64,000 bases of DNA from Lama glama (taxonomy: Eukaryota). Below, one piece after another: positions 1 to 15,099 of this stretch. How positions within the stretch are numbered: the first letter of the stretch is position 1; each line of letters starts with the position of its first letter. The position numbers were made by a program, and so were the translations under genes. Location: positions 35,528,001 through 35,592,000 of the forward strand of contig CM052817.1 of assembly GCA_028534125.1 (NCBI GenBank), given 5' to 3'. The notes below the pieces were generated by a model, which had not been told where the DNA came from, did no database searches, and saw nothing but the letters and a program-made list of their open reading frames with translations.

Positions 1-215
1 AAAAAATAATTTTTTCATTAGAAAATATTTTACTGATGTAGTGTAAGTTCTATGAAATTAGTCCTTTGATTAGAAGCATTAGTTTTAAATATTGTTGCTA
101 AATGTCCATCTTAGGGGACAAGTAAAAAAAAAAGTTATTCCTATAGTGGAATATTAATACTAACACAAAGAAAGTATAAGGACACTCAATATATGGATAC
201 AAAAATTTCTCCAAG

Positions 216-337
216 GATGAGGTGAGTATAGTTCAGTGGTAGAGCGCATGCTGAGCATGGAAGAGGTCCTGGGTTCAACTCCCAAAACGTCCATTAAAAA
301 AAATTACAAAAAAAAAAACCCCAAAATACATAAAGCG
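216..337 (+). mobile_element. tRNA-derived SINE (camelid Vic-1-like)
   Basis: A box (tagttcagtggtagagcg), B box (gggttcaactccc), A-rich tail, and a 14-bp TSD aaaatttctccaag at 202-215 and 338-351. Confidence 0.85.
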
Positions 338-709
338 AAAATTTCTCCAAGATACATTGTAAAACAAAGCAAAACAGAAACAAGTTGCAAAAACAGTGTG
401 TATATCATTGGAATATTAAGCAACAATGAGAATGAATACATTACAACTACGTCTGTCTACATGGAAGAATCTCACAAACATAATGCTGAGAGGAAAACCA
501 GATACAATCTTATGGAATAATTCCATTTACATAAGGTATACGGTCTGTAAAAGTAAACTACTCTGTTAAAAGTCAAGATTGCCTCATTTTTATGAAGTAT
601 AAAGACAGCAAAAATATGCTGTTAAAATCAGAACATTGGGACTCCTGAGGGATGTGGTAACTGGAAGGGACATTGAGGGGAGCCCTGGAGCTTAGGTAAT
701 GATATTTCT

Positions 710-1135
710 GTTTTTTTAAATTGAAGTAAAGTTTATTTACAATATTGTGTTAGTTTCAGATGTACAGCAAAGTGATTCACTTTTATATATATTTTTTTCA
801 GATTATTTTCCGTTATAGGTTATTACAAGATATTAAATATAGTTCCCTGTGTTATCCAACAAATCCTTGTTTTTTATCTATTTTACGTGTAGTAGTTGGC
901 ATCTGTTTATCTCATACTTCTAATTTATTCCTCTGCCTCTTCCCTCTTTGGTAACCATAAGCTTGTTTTCCATGTCTGTGAATGTTTCTGTTTTGCATAT
1001 AGATTAATTTGCATTATTTTTTAGATTCGACATATAAGTGATATATTTCTCTTTCTCTGCCTGACTTACTTCAATTAGTATGATACTCTCTAGGTTTATC
1101 CATGTTGCTGCAGATGGCTATATTTCATTCTACAT
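710..1135 (-). mobile_element. L1 3' end
   Basis: ttgaagtaaagtttatttacaatattgtgttagtttcag..tccatgttgctgcagatggc. Confidence 0.8.
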
Positions 1136-2291
1136 ATACATGTATCTTTTGATCTCAGTACCAGTGGCATAAATATGTCCCGGGACTGAAAATTAATTGA
1201 GGTGTACACAATTTTTTATGTTATACTTCAATTAAAATTTTTTAAGGTATGCATAGGATGCCAATATTTGTACAGAAAACATCTCTGAAGGTACAATGAG
1301 AAAAAAAAAACTGTCTCTCTGTTTCCTATGAACAAACTATACTGTAGGGAGAGAGACTGGGTGTCTGGAGGACAGAAAGGAGAGGAAATTTTCACATTAC
1401 ATCATTTTATAATTTTTACTTTTGAATTATTTGTATGTATTACCTATTCAAAAATTAACTTTTTTCTGATAGTATTTTAAAAATTATTTTTAAGAGTAAA
1501 TTTACAGTGGTCACGTTGCCCAGTGCAAACACATGTGTTAAATACAATCTTTCATTTAGGAATTTTCTACAGCACCCAAAAGTGCATTATCATAAACTCT
1601 GACTCAGGGCACCTTTATTTAAAAATTCCTGCACTCTGAGATAACTGGTTCTCCAGGTGAAGAACATATTACAATACAAATTGTCAACAGGAAAAAGATT
1701 TTTCACTGAGTCTTCAGCATCTGGTTGAAGTTGAGGAGAATGATTTAGGCAGTGAAGACTATTTCAGGAAGCTGAAGGGCAATGGGGATGCAGTTTGTAA
1801 TGAGACTTCATTTCATGCCCTCTAAGAAGAAAAGTTGTCCTGCTCTCTGTGTGCATTTGAATGTGTTAGGAACCCTGGCAGACAGGTTTTGTGCATTGTG
1901 AGCATGCAGGCCTGTGGGTCCATGTGATTTCATTTGAGTTCAGTCTCCCGCCACCATCAAGATCTTCCATGCCATCCGTGTGAGTTGATGGGGTGGCTCA
2001 TCTGACGTTTCCCTGACTTCCATGAGGGGCTGAGGAACCCCTTGGAGAGAATGCTTCCCAAAGGAAGAGGGAAACAGACAGAATAAATTTGTGCAGAAGA
2101 CAGATGTGATCTCAAGTCAAGTTTTGTGGCTGCCACACGGCTTGGTGTCTCAGCCCAGGATCCCCATATATTCGTGTCTGGGTGCTCTGGGAGCAATAGC
2201 TGAAAGAGCCATGGGTTAAAGAAGACTCACCCAATTAGAATGAAAACAGAAAACCTCTGTGAGGCAGTAAAAGAAAACAGGCAACACTATT

Positions 2292-2750
2292 TGTATTTGC
2301 TTCCTGAGGCTGATTTACAAAATCACCATTCGTGGTTAGATTAACACAACAGGACTTTATCATGTCACCTTCCTGAAGGCCAGAAGTCTGAAGTCAAGAT
2401 GTCAGCAGGACTGCGCTCCCCTCGAGGCCCTAGGGGACAATCCATTCCTTGCGTCTTTCATCTTCTGATGGCTGCCCTGGCATCTCTGGGCTTGTGGCCT
2501 CATCATTCCCAATCTGTCTTCATGTTACCTTCTCCTCTGTGTATCTGTCTCTTTTCCTCTGTGTGTCTATGTTATCAGGACACGTATGGTTGCACTTAGG
2601 GCCACTAGGACAGTGCAGGATAGGCACCTCCTCGCAAGATCCTTATTTTAATCACATCTGCAAAGACTTTTTTTTTCCCAGTAAGAGAACATTCACAGAT
2701 TCCAGGCGTTTGATGTGGGTATCTTTTGGGGGACATTTGATGGCTTACTC
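2292..2750 (-). mobile_element. MaLR LTR (MLT1)
   Basis: aaggccagaagtctgaagtcaagatgtcagcagg..aatcacatctgcaaagac signature. Confidence 0.75.
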
Positions 2751-5700
2751 CATGACTCTTACACACTGATAACAGAGTAAAATATTAAAGGGGGGCTGAG
2801 GTGCTCTCCTGCTTTGCCCTGCAGCACAGGATGCTGGCGGCAGAGTCCAGGGACATAACACTGTAGTTAACCTGATTTAATCATACGGACCCAAGAGAAG
2901 CTCTCTGTGGGCATCCAGAATTATTTAAGAAGAGGAACTTGGAGGACTTCTCAGGGGGCTAAGCTCCTGAATTAGCAGGAGGGGCAAGAACACCCTATGA
3001 CCTTACCATTTGATCAGTTTTGTACATGACAAGACCCATACACAAAGCCTGTGGAGGACTTGGAGAAAGTACAGAGGAGGCTCCCTGTACCCTTGACTTG
3101 CAGCTGTTAATCCGACAGGTCAGCCTACAACAGGGGACTCAACTCCTGGCCTCCAGGGGTGCAGCGTGCTCTGCCTTGGGAAGAACAGCCAGTTAGGTGC
3201 TTGTCAACCAACCCCAGGCAGCTTGACCTCTCAGGCTGATTTTGCATCTGGATGGTGTGTTCCAGACCCAATGTGCAGCCAGATTCAAAGGTCACTCCTG
3301 TGGTATCTCAAACCAGCTTGGGTTCTGGGAGATATAGGATGGAAAATGCCAGAGGCCCAGGATGCACACCAGGGGCTAGAGGCCAAATCCTAGCCGTTTG
3401 GGGGAATACACTCTGACGTGGTCCAGCAGAGTCCTCCGCACCAGGGCCTTGCTGACAACACCAGCACATCAAACAATCTGAGAGCTATGGGCACAAAGGG
3501 GGTGCTGGAAGGGCTGGATGGGCTTGAACATTGGTAAGAGAATGGTTGAGAATCCAGGCAAGTCTTGAGATCTCTGAGCAGAAGCTGAGGTTTGTTTTTG
3601 TTTCTTTTAAGAAAGTGCAAGTACAGATTATGATATTGTCTTTTCCCCTGCTGGCTTACTTACTAATCTGTTGCTTAATAGAATCCAGCGCACCTCCCTC
3701 AAACACCCAAGTAGCCAAGGGGCGAACTGGCATCCTAACCATTCTGTTCTGCCCCGTGAGTGTGAAGCCCCTGCTCACACTCAGGCCATCAAGGAGAAGG
3801 AGCATAGAATGAAGTCTGGCATCTCTGGAGCCCTGGGTTTGGCACTGAAGTAGGAGAGACCATTGCAATGGAAAGCCATGGGGAGGGGCGTGGTCAGGGG
3901 CTGACTGCTAGGGTTTGACTTTCAGTAATAAGAATGGGGAGGGAGGGCTGGTTTACTGCAAAGAGCTGGGTTTTACTTGCTAGGAGCCTGTTCAGCTCTT
4001 CAGGGGCTAGACCTAGGTGCTATTTTTTTTTTTTTTAATACAGTTGTTTGTTTTGGGCTCCAGCTTCCTGCAGTATCAGTTTCTGTCAGACCAGTTTGCT
4101 ATAAAAGCAATTTGAGTAAATACCAAAGGCTGGGATGAAAGTTAAACAGAGAGACTTAAAATAAGTTTTGTTTTTACATAACTGGAATTTAATTTTCACT
4201 CAGGGTTAAACAAAGTACTCTTCAGAATGAAGAAATCCCAATGGCTGGGAGGGAGTTTGGGAGCTGGGCGAGAAGTGATGGTAGCTTTGGAGTTGCAGAC
4301 CCAACCCTATGTTATTGGAGGCTCTTGGTTGCATCTACAGGCTTTAAAACACCAAGAAAGAACATAGAGGAGAGGTGTGCCTTTTTGTTATAAACTAACT
4401 GGGTTCCTGAAAAGTTACATGAAAAATTTCTAAAAACTGATTCCTATTCACAATGCAGTAGGTGAACCTTCCAGAGAACCTTCACTAGAAGGTTTTATAA
4501 AGCAAGGCCCTTGTAGGGGCAGGATTAAGGTAAGGCAAGTAAGGCATGTCAAAAAACCCAGCAATCAGGATGAATAATATAATAATGTAATCTTCTAGCA
4601 AATCAAAATTACAGAAAAGAATCCATGATGAACAAATTGTCAAAATTTTAAATGAAGTCAGAATCTGTCTGTGACTCTTTCTTTCTTTCTTTTTTTTTTT
4701 CAGCTACCTTTCATGTGAACCCGGAACGTGGGGCTGGTCATGGGTGATTACATTGTATTCATGACACTTTCTTCTCCGAGGTTTCAAGCACCTGCAATTG
4801 CTTCAAGGGGAGGTAAGTTCACTTCTCTGATTGAGGGCTGGAGAGAAATTTTCAGGTAACAACCGCCATGATACCCTCATCTCTCACTACCTGGCTAAAA
4901 GTGACCCCACCCTTTTGTTTCCACCGAATGTAAACAATTTCTGGACTGCTCATGTGTTCGATGACTGTACGTGTGGGTTTTATCACGTGTTCTTACTGTC
5001 TTTGTCATTGTTGCCTGTATTAATTTAAAAGCCTCTCTGAGACAGACTTCCAGCTGAAGTCTACACTGGCCCTCACAAAGAGACACGTGGGCTGGACAAC
5101 GGTGCTGATGACCAGTGGCATCCTAGTAAGCACCAGAAATAGAGTAGAATTGTTTCATTAAACCTGCTTGCAGGGCTGCTGTGTGATGAGCAGTGGGAGG
5201 GCCCAGGGGGTGCAAAGGTAGAAAATAAAATGGGAGGTTAAACCACTTTGACCATATGTGGGAGCCTGTGTTGACATTCTCAAGAAGTACCACTGACATT
5301 TACTTTTTTCTTCATTTCCTTTTGCCAGTGGGTAGAAAGTCCCCTCCTTGGGCAGACACTGCTCCCCTGGAAACCAACTCTTCAGTGATAATGAAAGGGT
5401 ATTGTGCTGGTATTTTCCATTCTTTCCCACCAGATCCACTTTCTGCCCCACTCTGTACTTCGGTAGGATGGGCTGTATGAACTGTACCAACAAGGATCCC
5501 TGGTCCTCTGTCTTTGAGTTGAGTTAGGAAAATGGGAGGCAACAGCAGAAGATACAGGAAGGAGAGAAGAGTTGGGGTATTTATTCCCCTGGCTCCCTTC
5601 CTGCTGGGCTTCGAATTAGCTGTTGTCCTCTAGTGAATGACTCAGTGCTCAGTCCCTCTTCTCAGCTGCTCTCTCTGAGCTCTGTAACTTCTCCCTCCCT

Positions 5701-7829
5701 CCATCTGCTTTTGATCTCCTGGTGATGTTAAGCCCTGAGCATCAACTCTGAATGATGTAAGTTGTAGGTGCCTGTCACCCAGCAAAGATGGAGCACAATC
5801 CAAACCTCAGGACCCTTGGCTCTGACAGTTGCCTTTCCCCTTGGCGAATAAAGCAGCCCTGCCTGGTGTTTCTTGGCTTCAGATCCTGTGTACAGTCAAG
5901 TGCACCTGTGAATGAGCAAGCTGCAGGAAGTTTAAAAATTGGATAATTCCCATTGGCATCATTTCTGCCTCTTTGGATTTAAAATATTTATTCAAGAATA
6001 AGAATCTTGACCTCATTCCCAAGGGTAACATCCAATCACCTGCCACTGACAGAGGAAAACCCCAGTCAGCTTAAATAAATACAGCTCCAGCAACTGTGTT
6101 ACTAATTAAGCTTTCGTCCATGTTCCAAAACACTGGGAAAAGCAGACATTTCCGGCCCCAGACAAGATGCTCTGTATCTCTGCAGCTGTGAGGAGGATAC
6201 CAAAGGATCAGAGGGCCTTACTGTGCTCTCTGAGGTACCACCTGCATCTTCCTGAACCTTTAACCTGGTATCTCATTCCTAATGGTTCCCAGGACATCCC
6301 CAACATCCTCATGTACCACCTTTCCCACTGACTGAGGAGCTGTACAATCAGTCTTTGACACTGGTACATTAAAAACCAAAATTAGTGGAGTGGTAAATTC
6401 AATGTGGCACAGACATTGTGGGCACCAGCCAGCACTGGGAAGCAGTAGAATCCAATACTGCATGTGAAAACCTGGTGTGCAGGGCCGGGCTGCTTCACCA
6501 TTAGCTCAGCCTGATTGAAAGCAGGTCTTCCAAAGCAAGAAGGTCCTGATTTCTTCAAGAAAGAGTGCCGCTTCTTAGGTTGATTTCTTCCTTGGTTTCT
6601 TAATTTTTTTAACCAGAGTTTTCACAAACAGCAGTCTCAATAGGTTGTTTTTTTTTCTTTCTCAGGCTAGCACTGAGAGTGCTGGTGAATATAAATAAAA
6701 ATGGGCTATTCAATGAAATTAACCTATGTGATAGCAGTCAGAATGATGGATACCTTCAGGTGGCATCCTTCAGGTGGTAAAGAGTGTGTGTGTATAAACT
6801 CAAGCTCTACACTAGATCTTTGCACTTTACTGTGTATAGATGTTTTTAATGAGTCACTTGAGACAAGCCACCTGATACTGTGTATAAAAAAGTCTTCCCT
6901 CTTACTCTTAGCTCTGCCATGGATCTCTCTTCCATACTGCTGATCACTGTCTAAAGCTCCAATATGAATCCACTTTATAGAATTTTTGTTTAAAGTTATA
7001 GATTCACAGGAAGTTACAAAAAAATTGAATAGGAAAGTCCTGTGCACACTTCCTCTTTCCTCCCCTAGTGTTCTCATCTAACATGATGCTAATATTTTAT
7101 CAAAACTATGAAACTGATATTGGTACAAACCACAGAGCTAATTTAGATTTTATCAGTTATACCACATTCTTGGGTATGTATGTGTAGTTCTATGCAATTT
7201 TATCACATGTAGATTCATGTAACCATGACCACAATCAAGATATAGAATGATTCCACTACCACAACACTTGATAGGATTTTAACGGGAGAAAAAATGGTAG
7301 TTTCAGTCCTCCCTGACCTCCTGGTTTTATTTCCTGTTCTTTAGTGTACTAAATGGAGTGAGGACTGGGGAGAAGAAGAGAGGCATCTTGTTTCCCCTGA
7401 TGACTGTTATTGACAGAGGGGTGGATGTGAAACCTGACTGGGCATTCAGCCCAATCACACTGAGCCAGAGGATAAAGGGCCTACAATTGGGAGGGACATT
7501 TTCTTTCCCTCTTCACCCCGCCCTCAACCTCTATGTTTCTCCAGATAAGCCTCAACAAGGATGCACTGTAGCCCTGATGATTATGGCAGGTAACTTACAA
7601 TCCTTAGGAAAATCAAACTTAGGATGAAGCCAAGGACAGTGGAGGAGTGGAAAGAGCCAGAGTTCTTGAGGACATCATTGAGAAGCTGATCCACCTTGTT
7701 CTGGAGCCCACCCTAATTCTGGACTACACTGCAGTGACACAGTGAGATTCCTTATGGTTTTAGAGAGTTTACTCAGGATGTTCTGTTCTGTTCGGTCAGA
7801 AGCTACATAACTCAAGTATCTACAGAAAC

Positions 7830-9150
7830 CCCACCACTAACATATTTAACGGTGAAGGACTGAGTGCTTTCATTGAAAGATCAAGAACAAGGATGTCCAC
7901 TCTCATTACTTCAGTGCACACAGACACACACACAGTACTAATAAACAAGTTCAACAAAGTGGGAGGACATGTGACCAATATATAAAAATCAATTGTATTT
8001 CAATACACTCACAAGAACAACCAAAAAGGAAATTAAGAAAACAGTTCTATTTACAATAACCCCAGAAAGGATAAAATACCTAGGAATAAAGTAACAAAAA
8101 AAGTGCAAGACTTGTATACTAAAAATTATAAAAAACATTGTGGAAAGAAATTAAAGAACTAAATAAATGGAAAGACATCCATAGTCATGGATCAGAACAT
8201 TTAATATTGTTAAGACGGCAATATTCCCCAAATTGATCTGCAGATTCAGTGCATTCCCTATCAGCATCCCAACCCTCTTGTAGAAATTGACATGCAGATC
8301 CTAAAATCTGTATTGAAATTCAAGGAACTCAGACTAGCCAGACAGCCTTGCAAAAGAATAAAGTTGAAGGACTCACTGATTTAAAAATTTATTGCAAAGC
8401 TACAGTTATCTAGACAATGCAATATGAACATAAGGGTAGATTTATAGACCAATGGAATTGAATTGGGAGTCCAAAAATAAACCCTTAAGTTTATGGCAAA
8501 CCAATTTTCAACAACAGTGCCAAGATAATTCAGTGGGAATAGAATAGTCTTTTCAACAAATGGTGCTGAGACAAATGGATGTCCACATGCAAAAGAACTA
8601 AGTTGGACCCCCAAATCATACTATATACAAATATTAATTCAAAATTGATTGCAGACTTAGATTTAAGAGTTGAAACTATGAAACTCTTAGAAGAAAACAG
8701 AAGCAAATCTTCATGACCTTAGATTTGGCAATGCTTTCTTAAATATGGCATCAAAAACACAAATGACAAAAGGAAAAATAGGTAAGTTCGGTTTCTTCAA
8801 AATTAAATACTTTCATGAGTCAAAGGATTCCTTCAATAAAGTGAAAAGAAAACACACAGAGTGGGAGAAAATATTTGCAAATTGTATATCCGACAAGGGA
8901 CTTGTGTCTAAAATATATACTGAAATCTTACAAATCAGCAACAAAAAAGATAAATACCTCAATTTAAAAATGGGCAAAAGAGTTGAATAAATATTTCTCC
9001 AAAGAAGATGCACAAATGGCCAACAAACATATGAAAAGATGCTCACCATCATTACCTGTTAGGAAAATGCAAATTAAAATCACAATAAGATACCACTTCA
9101 CACACATGAGCATGACCCTTATCTAAGAGACTATGAGAAATGTTGACAAG
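7830..9150 (+). mobile_element. Old L1 ORF2 fragment
   Basis: Frameshifted ORF2 peptides (KVKRKHTEWEKIFANCISDKGLVSKIY). Confidence 0.85.
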
Positions 9151-9657
9151 GATGTGCCTTTCTCCAAGAATCTCCTTTAAAACTCTTTGCCCCAAACTCT
9201 GAAAGCTCTGCTCATTCCTATGAAAACTCAGGCTTTAACTACAAGGAGGGAGCTCACTCGTGGTGTGGTTTACCTGTCCACATTCCTGTCTCAAAATGCA
9301 CCTTGTATGGATGCTGCAAGGCATCTCCTGGGTACCTGCCTAGAAAAGGACTTGCCCCTACTGCTGGAAATGTGGCTAGAAGACAGCTCTCAGCTGTCGG
9401 CCCTCTTTGGGGACTGCCTGTAATGATAAAAACTGCCTTGCCTAAAGTTGATCTCTTTCCAGGGGTATCCCACATTTGGTGACTGATCAACATAGGGGTG
9501 CAAAGGCCCAACCCCCTCACTTCAGTTTAGGGCAACTCTACAGGACCATTTCAGATCTGGATCTCCCAGTGGGATTTTCCCTTTGCTGGGTCGTCATCAT
9601 GAATCAATTTCTCCCTTTGTCTAATCCTTCTTTCTCTCCTTCCATTTTGCTGGTGTT

Positions 9658-9658
<1 letters not shown>

Positions 9659-9696
<38 letters not shown>
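9659..9696 (+). repeat. (CA)19 microsatellite
   Basis: Perfect CA run. Confidence 0.95.
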
Positions 9697-9701
<5 letters not shown>

Positions 9702-12700
9702 TGGCTTTAACATGATGCTCCTTGTCTCTGTTGCAGAACATCAAGGGCATTAAGGGGTAGGGAGCTGGGGCCTGTAGATCCCAAAGTCACTAGACCTATG
9801 TTCTTCTTATAGGATTTGCTCTCTCAGTAATCTGCCCCTGTGAGTGAGCTGCATACATGCTGGTTTCTTTACCAGTGAACACATTAAATTAAACTAGTAA
9901 CGTTTATACCCATGCTAAAAAGGACATATTCAACAATTCTCCTCATCTAGGTCCTTATTATCATGAGGGGAGCGCTTTCCTTATTCTGTGGACAAGAATT
10001 CTTTCTCATCTATAAAGGGGAATGAATAACCTCTTCACACAGTTGTAGATTCAGCGGGTTAGTGTATGTCCCCAGCATGTGAGTGCTGTGCTTACCAGAA
10101 CAACAGAGACATGAGAGTATTTCTGAATAGCAGCTCCCTTTGTTACCCCAGGATTCTCAGACTTAATGTTTATGGTTCTGCAGTTTCTTCTGTGGGAGGA
10201 GGGTTGCCAGTTCTTTCATCTTCGCTTGAGACATTTACCTGCATGTGTGGGAGGGGTACTTTCCTGTAAATGCGTCAGACACTGCATGATGCGAACACGT
10301 GTTACATTCCTCCATGTGCTCTATCGCAGCATCATCCCAGAGCTATGTGCCTTGTGAATCTTGAAAGGGGCGACTCTAGTACATGGTGTTTCTTATTTGT
10401 CCATGAAATCCACTCCCTCCCTTTGCTTTTCAGTCATACCTAGGAACTTGAATAGTATCCCATGGAACACATTTTTCAAAACCCTGATCTCTTCCAGGTG
10501 ATTCTATTAATTCAGGAGGATATTTTCCCCCAAATAACAGCAGACTAGTCATTAGACTTGCTCATGAAATTTTAAAACTTAATGAAGCAATTGCCTGTAC
10601 GAAACCAGAACACAAAGCTCTGGAATGATGCAGTGAGATGATGGGATGAAATGAACCAGCAGAGCTCAGATGTCAGCACAAGCCCAGACGCAAAGCTCAT
10701 GTGTTCACTGACGTGCAGTACTAGCAGAGCACAAAAAGGATGATGCTAGCAGATGGAAACAGGGTAAGTTTCTCTTATGACCAGAGAGTGATTGGAGGGG
10801 AAATTTGGGGCTCGATGAGCTCACCTCCAGAAATCCAAGATGGTTTGTTGGTTTTTGGTCCACCTTTAGGGCTACCTCTGACTACAGCATTCAACAGATA
10901 CATATTCATGGGACTGTAAGGTAAAAGCTAAGTAGATTGTATCAAAGTCTCTCTTGGCTGTCAAATTGTTGCACAGAAAATTTAAGAGAATCATGCCAAG
11001 CAATTATTGCTAGGAGAAAATATTGTAGGAATTGTTAAACCCCTTTACACACACACAGAAACACACATGTACACCTGATGCACAGATAGAAAGATAGATG
11101 GATAGACATTCACACATGTATCTTAAATAGACTGTAAAATAAATGCATAGGCCTCGGCCTTTCCCAGCAGAGGCTACAAATACTGCCACACTTCCCTCTC
11201 ATTGCCAGATTACTTTAGCTTAAGCCCTTATTTTGCTTGCCTTTAGGATATCTAGGTTTTTCTTTTCTTTTCTAACATGTTTTCCTCACCAAGAGTCACA
11301 GAAATTCCTAGAAAATTCTTACTGCTTCTGAAATCCATCCTGGTTGTCCCATGCCTCCTCAGCAGCGATCAGTCACCTCTGAGAGAGTGGGCTACCAGTT
11401 GTTCTTCTAAATCCCTCCCCTGGAGGTCCCTAAAATGCCGTCCCCTTGGTTATGGGTGCTTTCCCTTACACTGCTTCATCCCAACCAGGCACGGACCCCT
11501 CCTTCATTTCTGCAGAGCACCAGTGGAAACCAGGCTGTATGTTTAACAGAGATTTTCTAGAAGCTAGTGATTAACAGAGAAAATTGTAACGCAGGACTGG
11601 AACCCTCCACAGGAGTCCCTTGTAGGGCACAGCTTTGCTTAAACCCTGACCTGCAATCACACAGTGAGGCTAATAAACATCACTTTTCCCCTGAGAAGAC
11701 CCATGAGTGAATCCAGCAGTTCAGGCTCAAGTAGAGAATACAATTGCTTGTTCACGTCTGTGTAAAGCCCTCTTCCAGCAGCCTTGTCTCATGTTCTAGG
11801 ACCTACCTTTCCCCAGAATGATTGACAGCAGAAATGTCCCGTTCTCCACCAACAAGGCTAACCTTGCCCAACTGGGCAAACAGTTTCTCAAGAGGTCTCC
11901 GTAATTCAGTATTCTACAGGATCACAGTCTAGCACCAAGTCAGACATAGCGCATTCAATCCAGTTTATTTTTTACAAGCTCCTTTCATTCAGGAGAACAA
12001 CTCTCTAGCTCTTTTCAGAGCCTTGTGTTTGAGCTCCTGTTTGCATAGCAATACACATGCATACCTTTACCAAAAGTAAGAAAGAAACTGTCTATACCTT
12101 ACACATTATTGTTCAGGGCAGTGTAGCTCCTTGGAGCCACACATATCAAATCCATCCATTCTAGAAGAAGATGTGGTAGCCAGTCGCTGAAGACAGCCCT
12201 CAAACAACCATATCTCCTGGTATTAAGTCCTTGTGAAGGCCTCTCTGACACGAAATCTGGACTGGACTCTTGGCTCACTTATCCAATCGAATGTGGCAAA
12301 GTGACATTGTTTCAGATCTAGGCCTAAGGCTAAAGAAGGCAAGGCAACTTTTACTTTTGAAACTTTTGTGACCTTTGAGCCACCACATAAATCAGGCTAC
12401 CCTACCAAAGAGACCACCTAGGAGAGGTCACGTAGATAGAGGTCCCTTTCTTTCAGTCACCTCTGCCAAGGCTGCAGACATATGAATGACTCCTTCTTGA
12501 AGGTTCCCGCCAGTGCCACTATCTGACCATTGCAGCTGGTTGAGAGGCCCCGAACCACTATGTTTTAAGTGCATTGTTACGCAACTGTGGATCATTGAGA
12601 GAGCGCCTGTTGTCATATAAGAAATTCACTAGAAAAAAGGGACAGTTTATCCCAAAGGTGAAATTAACTCATCTCTTGTCTGCTTAAAGTTGTAAATTAT

Positions 12701-13156
12701 TCATTGTTTCCCTTTTGATATTTCAAATCTGTTAGGAACTGTATATAAGGTTCAAGCTCGAAGTACCATCACCTTCTTAGCGGGGTAGCTCTCAGTGTAG
12801 CTCGTAGCCTTCACAGGACAGTTTAGGCCTGAAATTAGGGACAGGGAGATCTCTTCCCTCCTTCTATGCTTAACTCCAAAGGGCATGTCCTTCTCTTTTA
12901 CAAAGAGAGTTAAACAAAGCTACTTATGAAAGAGCACACATTGCATGAAAAGTTTTGCAAGTATAAAAAAGAAAGAAAAAAACATACATTTGAAATTTGA
13001 AAATATTAAGCTAGAGATATAGGGGTAGAATGAAAGGTAAATGTAGTAGAATGGAATATATTGTCCACTTAGATTTAAATTAAAATTTTGTTCTAATCTG
13101 ACCTTACAACATGGCATTTGTTATAAGGTAAGCCCATTTTATAAATCATTTTCTAT

Positions 13157-13265
13157 GGGGGGGAAATAATTAGGTTTTAATTAATTTTAATGGAGGTACC
13201 GGGGATGAAACCCAGGACCTCGTGCATGCTAAGCACACACTCTACCACTGAGCTATACCCTCCCC
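13157..13265 (-). mobile_element. tRNA-derived SINE (Vic-1-like)
   Basis: Reverse complement reads ggggagggtatagctcagtggtagagtgtgtgcttagcatgcacgaggtcctgggtttcatcccc, followed by an AT-rich tail. Confidence 0.85.
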
Positions 13266-15099
13266 TGACAAGGTGAGTCAATTTGACCGCTGCCTAAGGG
13301 AGTCATTACTGAGGCAACAGTTACGTGGTGTGGCCATCTTACCTAAAATATGTTCCTGCAACATAGGGCAAGAGGATAATATTTTACCTCCACTTACCCG
13401 AATAGCCAATTTCTAATTACCCAAAAGTGGTATCAAGGGTATAGTACCATGTGTTACTGACAGGTCACCTTCTGTCCGTGAGCTCCCTCTCCTCATCCCC
13501 AGGCCCATTATCTTAGTCCTCATAATGGCCTTCTCCTCCTGGGCCACAATTCACAAGGTCTGAAGGAAGACAATTTATGTCTATTCATTTCGTAATCCCT
13601 TCACTCAACAATATTCAGTGTGTACTTACGGTAGGGCGGACACTCTTCAAAACACTCAAAACAGGGTAAAAACTCAATCCTAGCTGCCCTGTCACTGCTG
13701 CAACAGTTAGAGAACATTTCGTAGTTTACAAAGTGTATTCAAACACATTATTTTCTCTGCTGTATTAATTTGGTTCAGCAAACACTTAAAACTCTCAAAG
13801 TGAGTCGAATTCTACCCACCCCTCTCTAGGTTGGTAGGATTTTTTCTCCTAACTTCAGCACTACTTAATGAGGTTACTGTGGCCTTGAGTTATGCCAAAC
13901 ATAGAGAGTGATAGTGACATCTCTGCACAGAGAGGCCTGATAGAAGTTTCTTACTGATAAGTGGTCATAAATGTAGGTGGTGATACCATTGCAGAATCAC
14001 TGTTTATAAATAATACAATACATTTGAAAACTAAGTGCCTCTTTGAATAACAGAAGTGATGCAAGCTGACGTAGAGAAATAAATGACCAGTGTGTTATGA
14101 TAAGTGCTTTATAAATACCTCCTTGCATCATATTAAACTTGGGTGGAAAGTGAGAGGTGGGGGAAGCTACACACACGTGTGTCTCTCGTTCCTAAATGCT
14201 TCTCAGGATTTTCCTCGCAAGGTGGTGAAAATGTTTTATACGCCATGCCTTAGGACAGTGTCCAGATTTCTAGGTGGACCTGCTAAATAATTCAATAAGC
14301 TGAAGCAAATGATATTACTAAATATTTTATTAGTAGCAAGAAAAGCATTTTGAGCATGTGGCAACATTTTCTAAAAATAGGTCAGTTCTGAATACTTCAG
14401 AGTAAAAAAACAAAATATTCAAAGAATAGAATAGATTTCTCATATTTAAAACATCAACATTAGCACTATATTTGCTAAAATTTGGTTATCTATTTCAATA
14501 TGGAAAAAATAATTTGAACACATTTGATATGAGCAGCTGAATGATAGTGGTCATTTGAAGCGTGTTACTCAGAGGCTATATCTAGGGGTCAGGAAATTTA
14601 AGATCTGGTTTTGTTTTTCAGTCCAGAGTGGAGGTAATAAATGTTGAAAGCTGTTAATTTTACAGATGATGGAAAAATAATGAGGAGGAAAAATAAGAAT
14701 GCCCAGTTTCCCAATGACTTCAGAGAATCCTGTAGACATAGCTTCATTCATCTAAGAAAATAACCCTGCTAATTACTATATGCAATTATATTATTATATA
14801 TAATAAGCTAATCTCATAGGGGTCTATTTAATAGAGAGAGAATTCAGACTTTGAGAGAAGAGTTGTGCAAAAGTAGAAAAACAAGAAAGAAACCTCTAGA
14901 TCTTCTAACTCTTTATCTCAGACTAACCCTCCTTGTGATCAGAGATGCATTTTCTTCCTGGTCTAACTAGTTCACTGGATTTTGAGCTCCTCCATAGTGG
15001 GAATGTATCTTCTTTATCTCCCTGGTTTCCACATCACTGCTCATTCACTTCAGTTCTCTTTCTATCTCTCTCCTCACTTCTCTGTCTTTTGTAGGTTTC

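Noticed and set aside
216..300. tRNA-like genes (also near 13.2, 27.1, 37.2, 38.0 and 46.7 kb)
   Set aside because: Degenerate stems, A-rich tails and TSDs show they are tRNA-derived SINEs.
1700..2250. Coding-looking unique sequence (also about 6250-6480)
   Set aside because: Translations contain stops and match no protein family I recognise.
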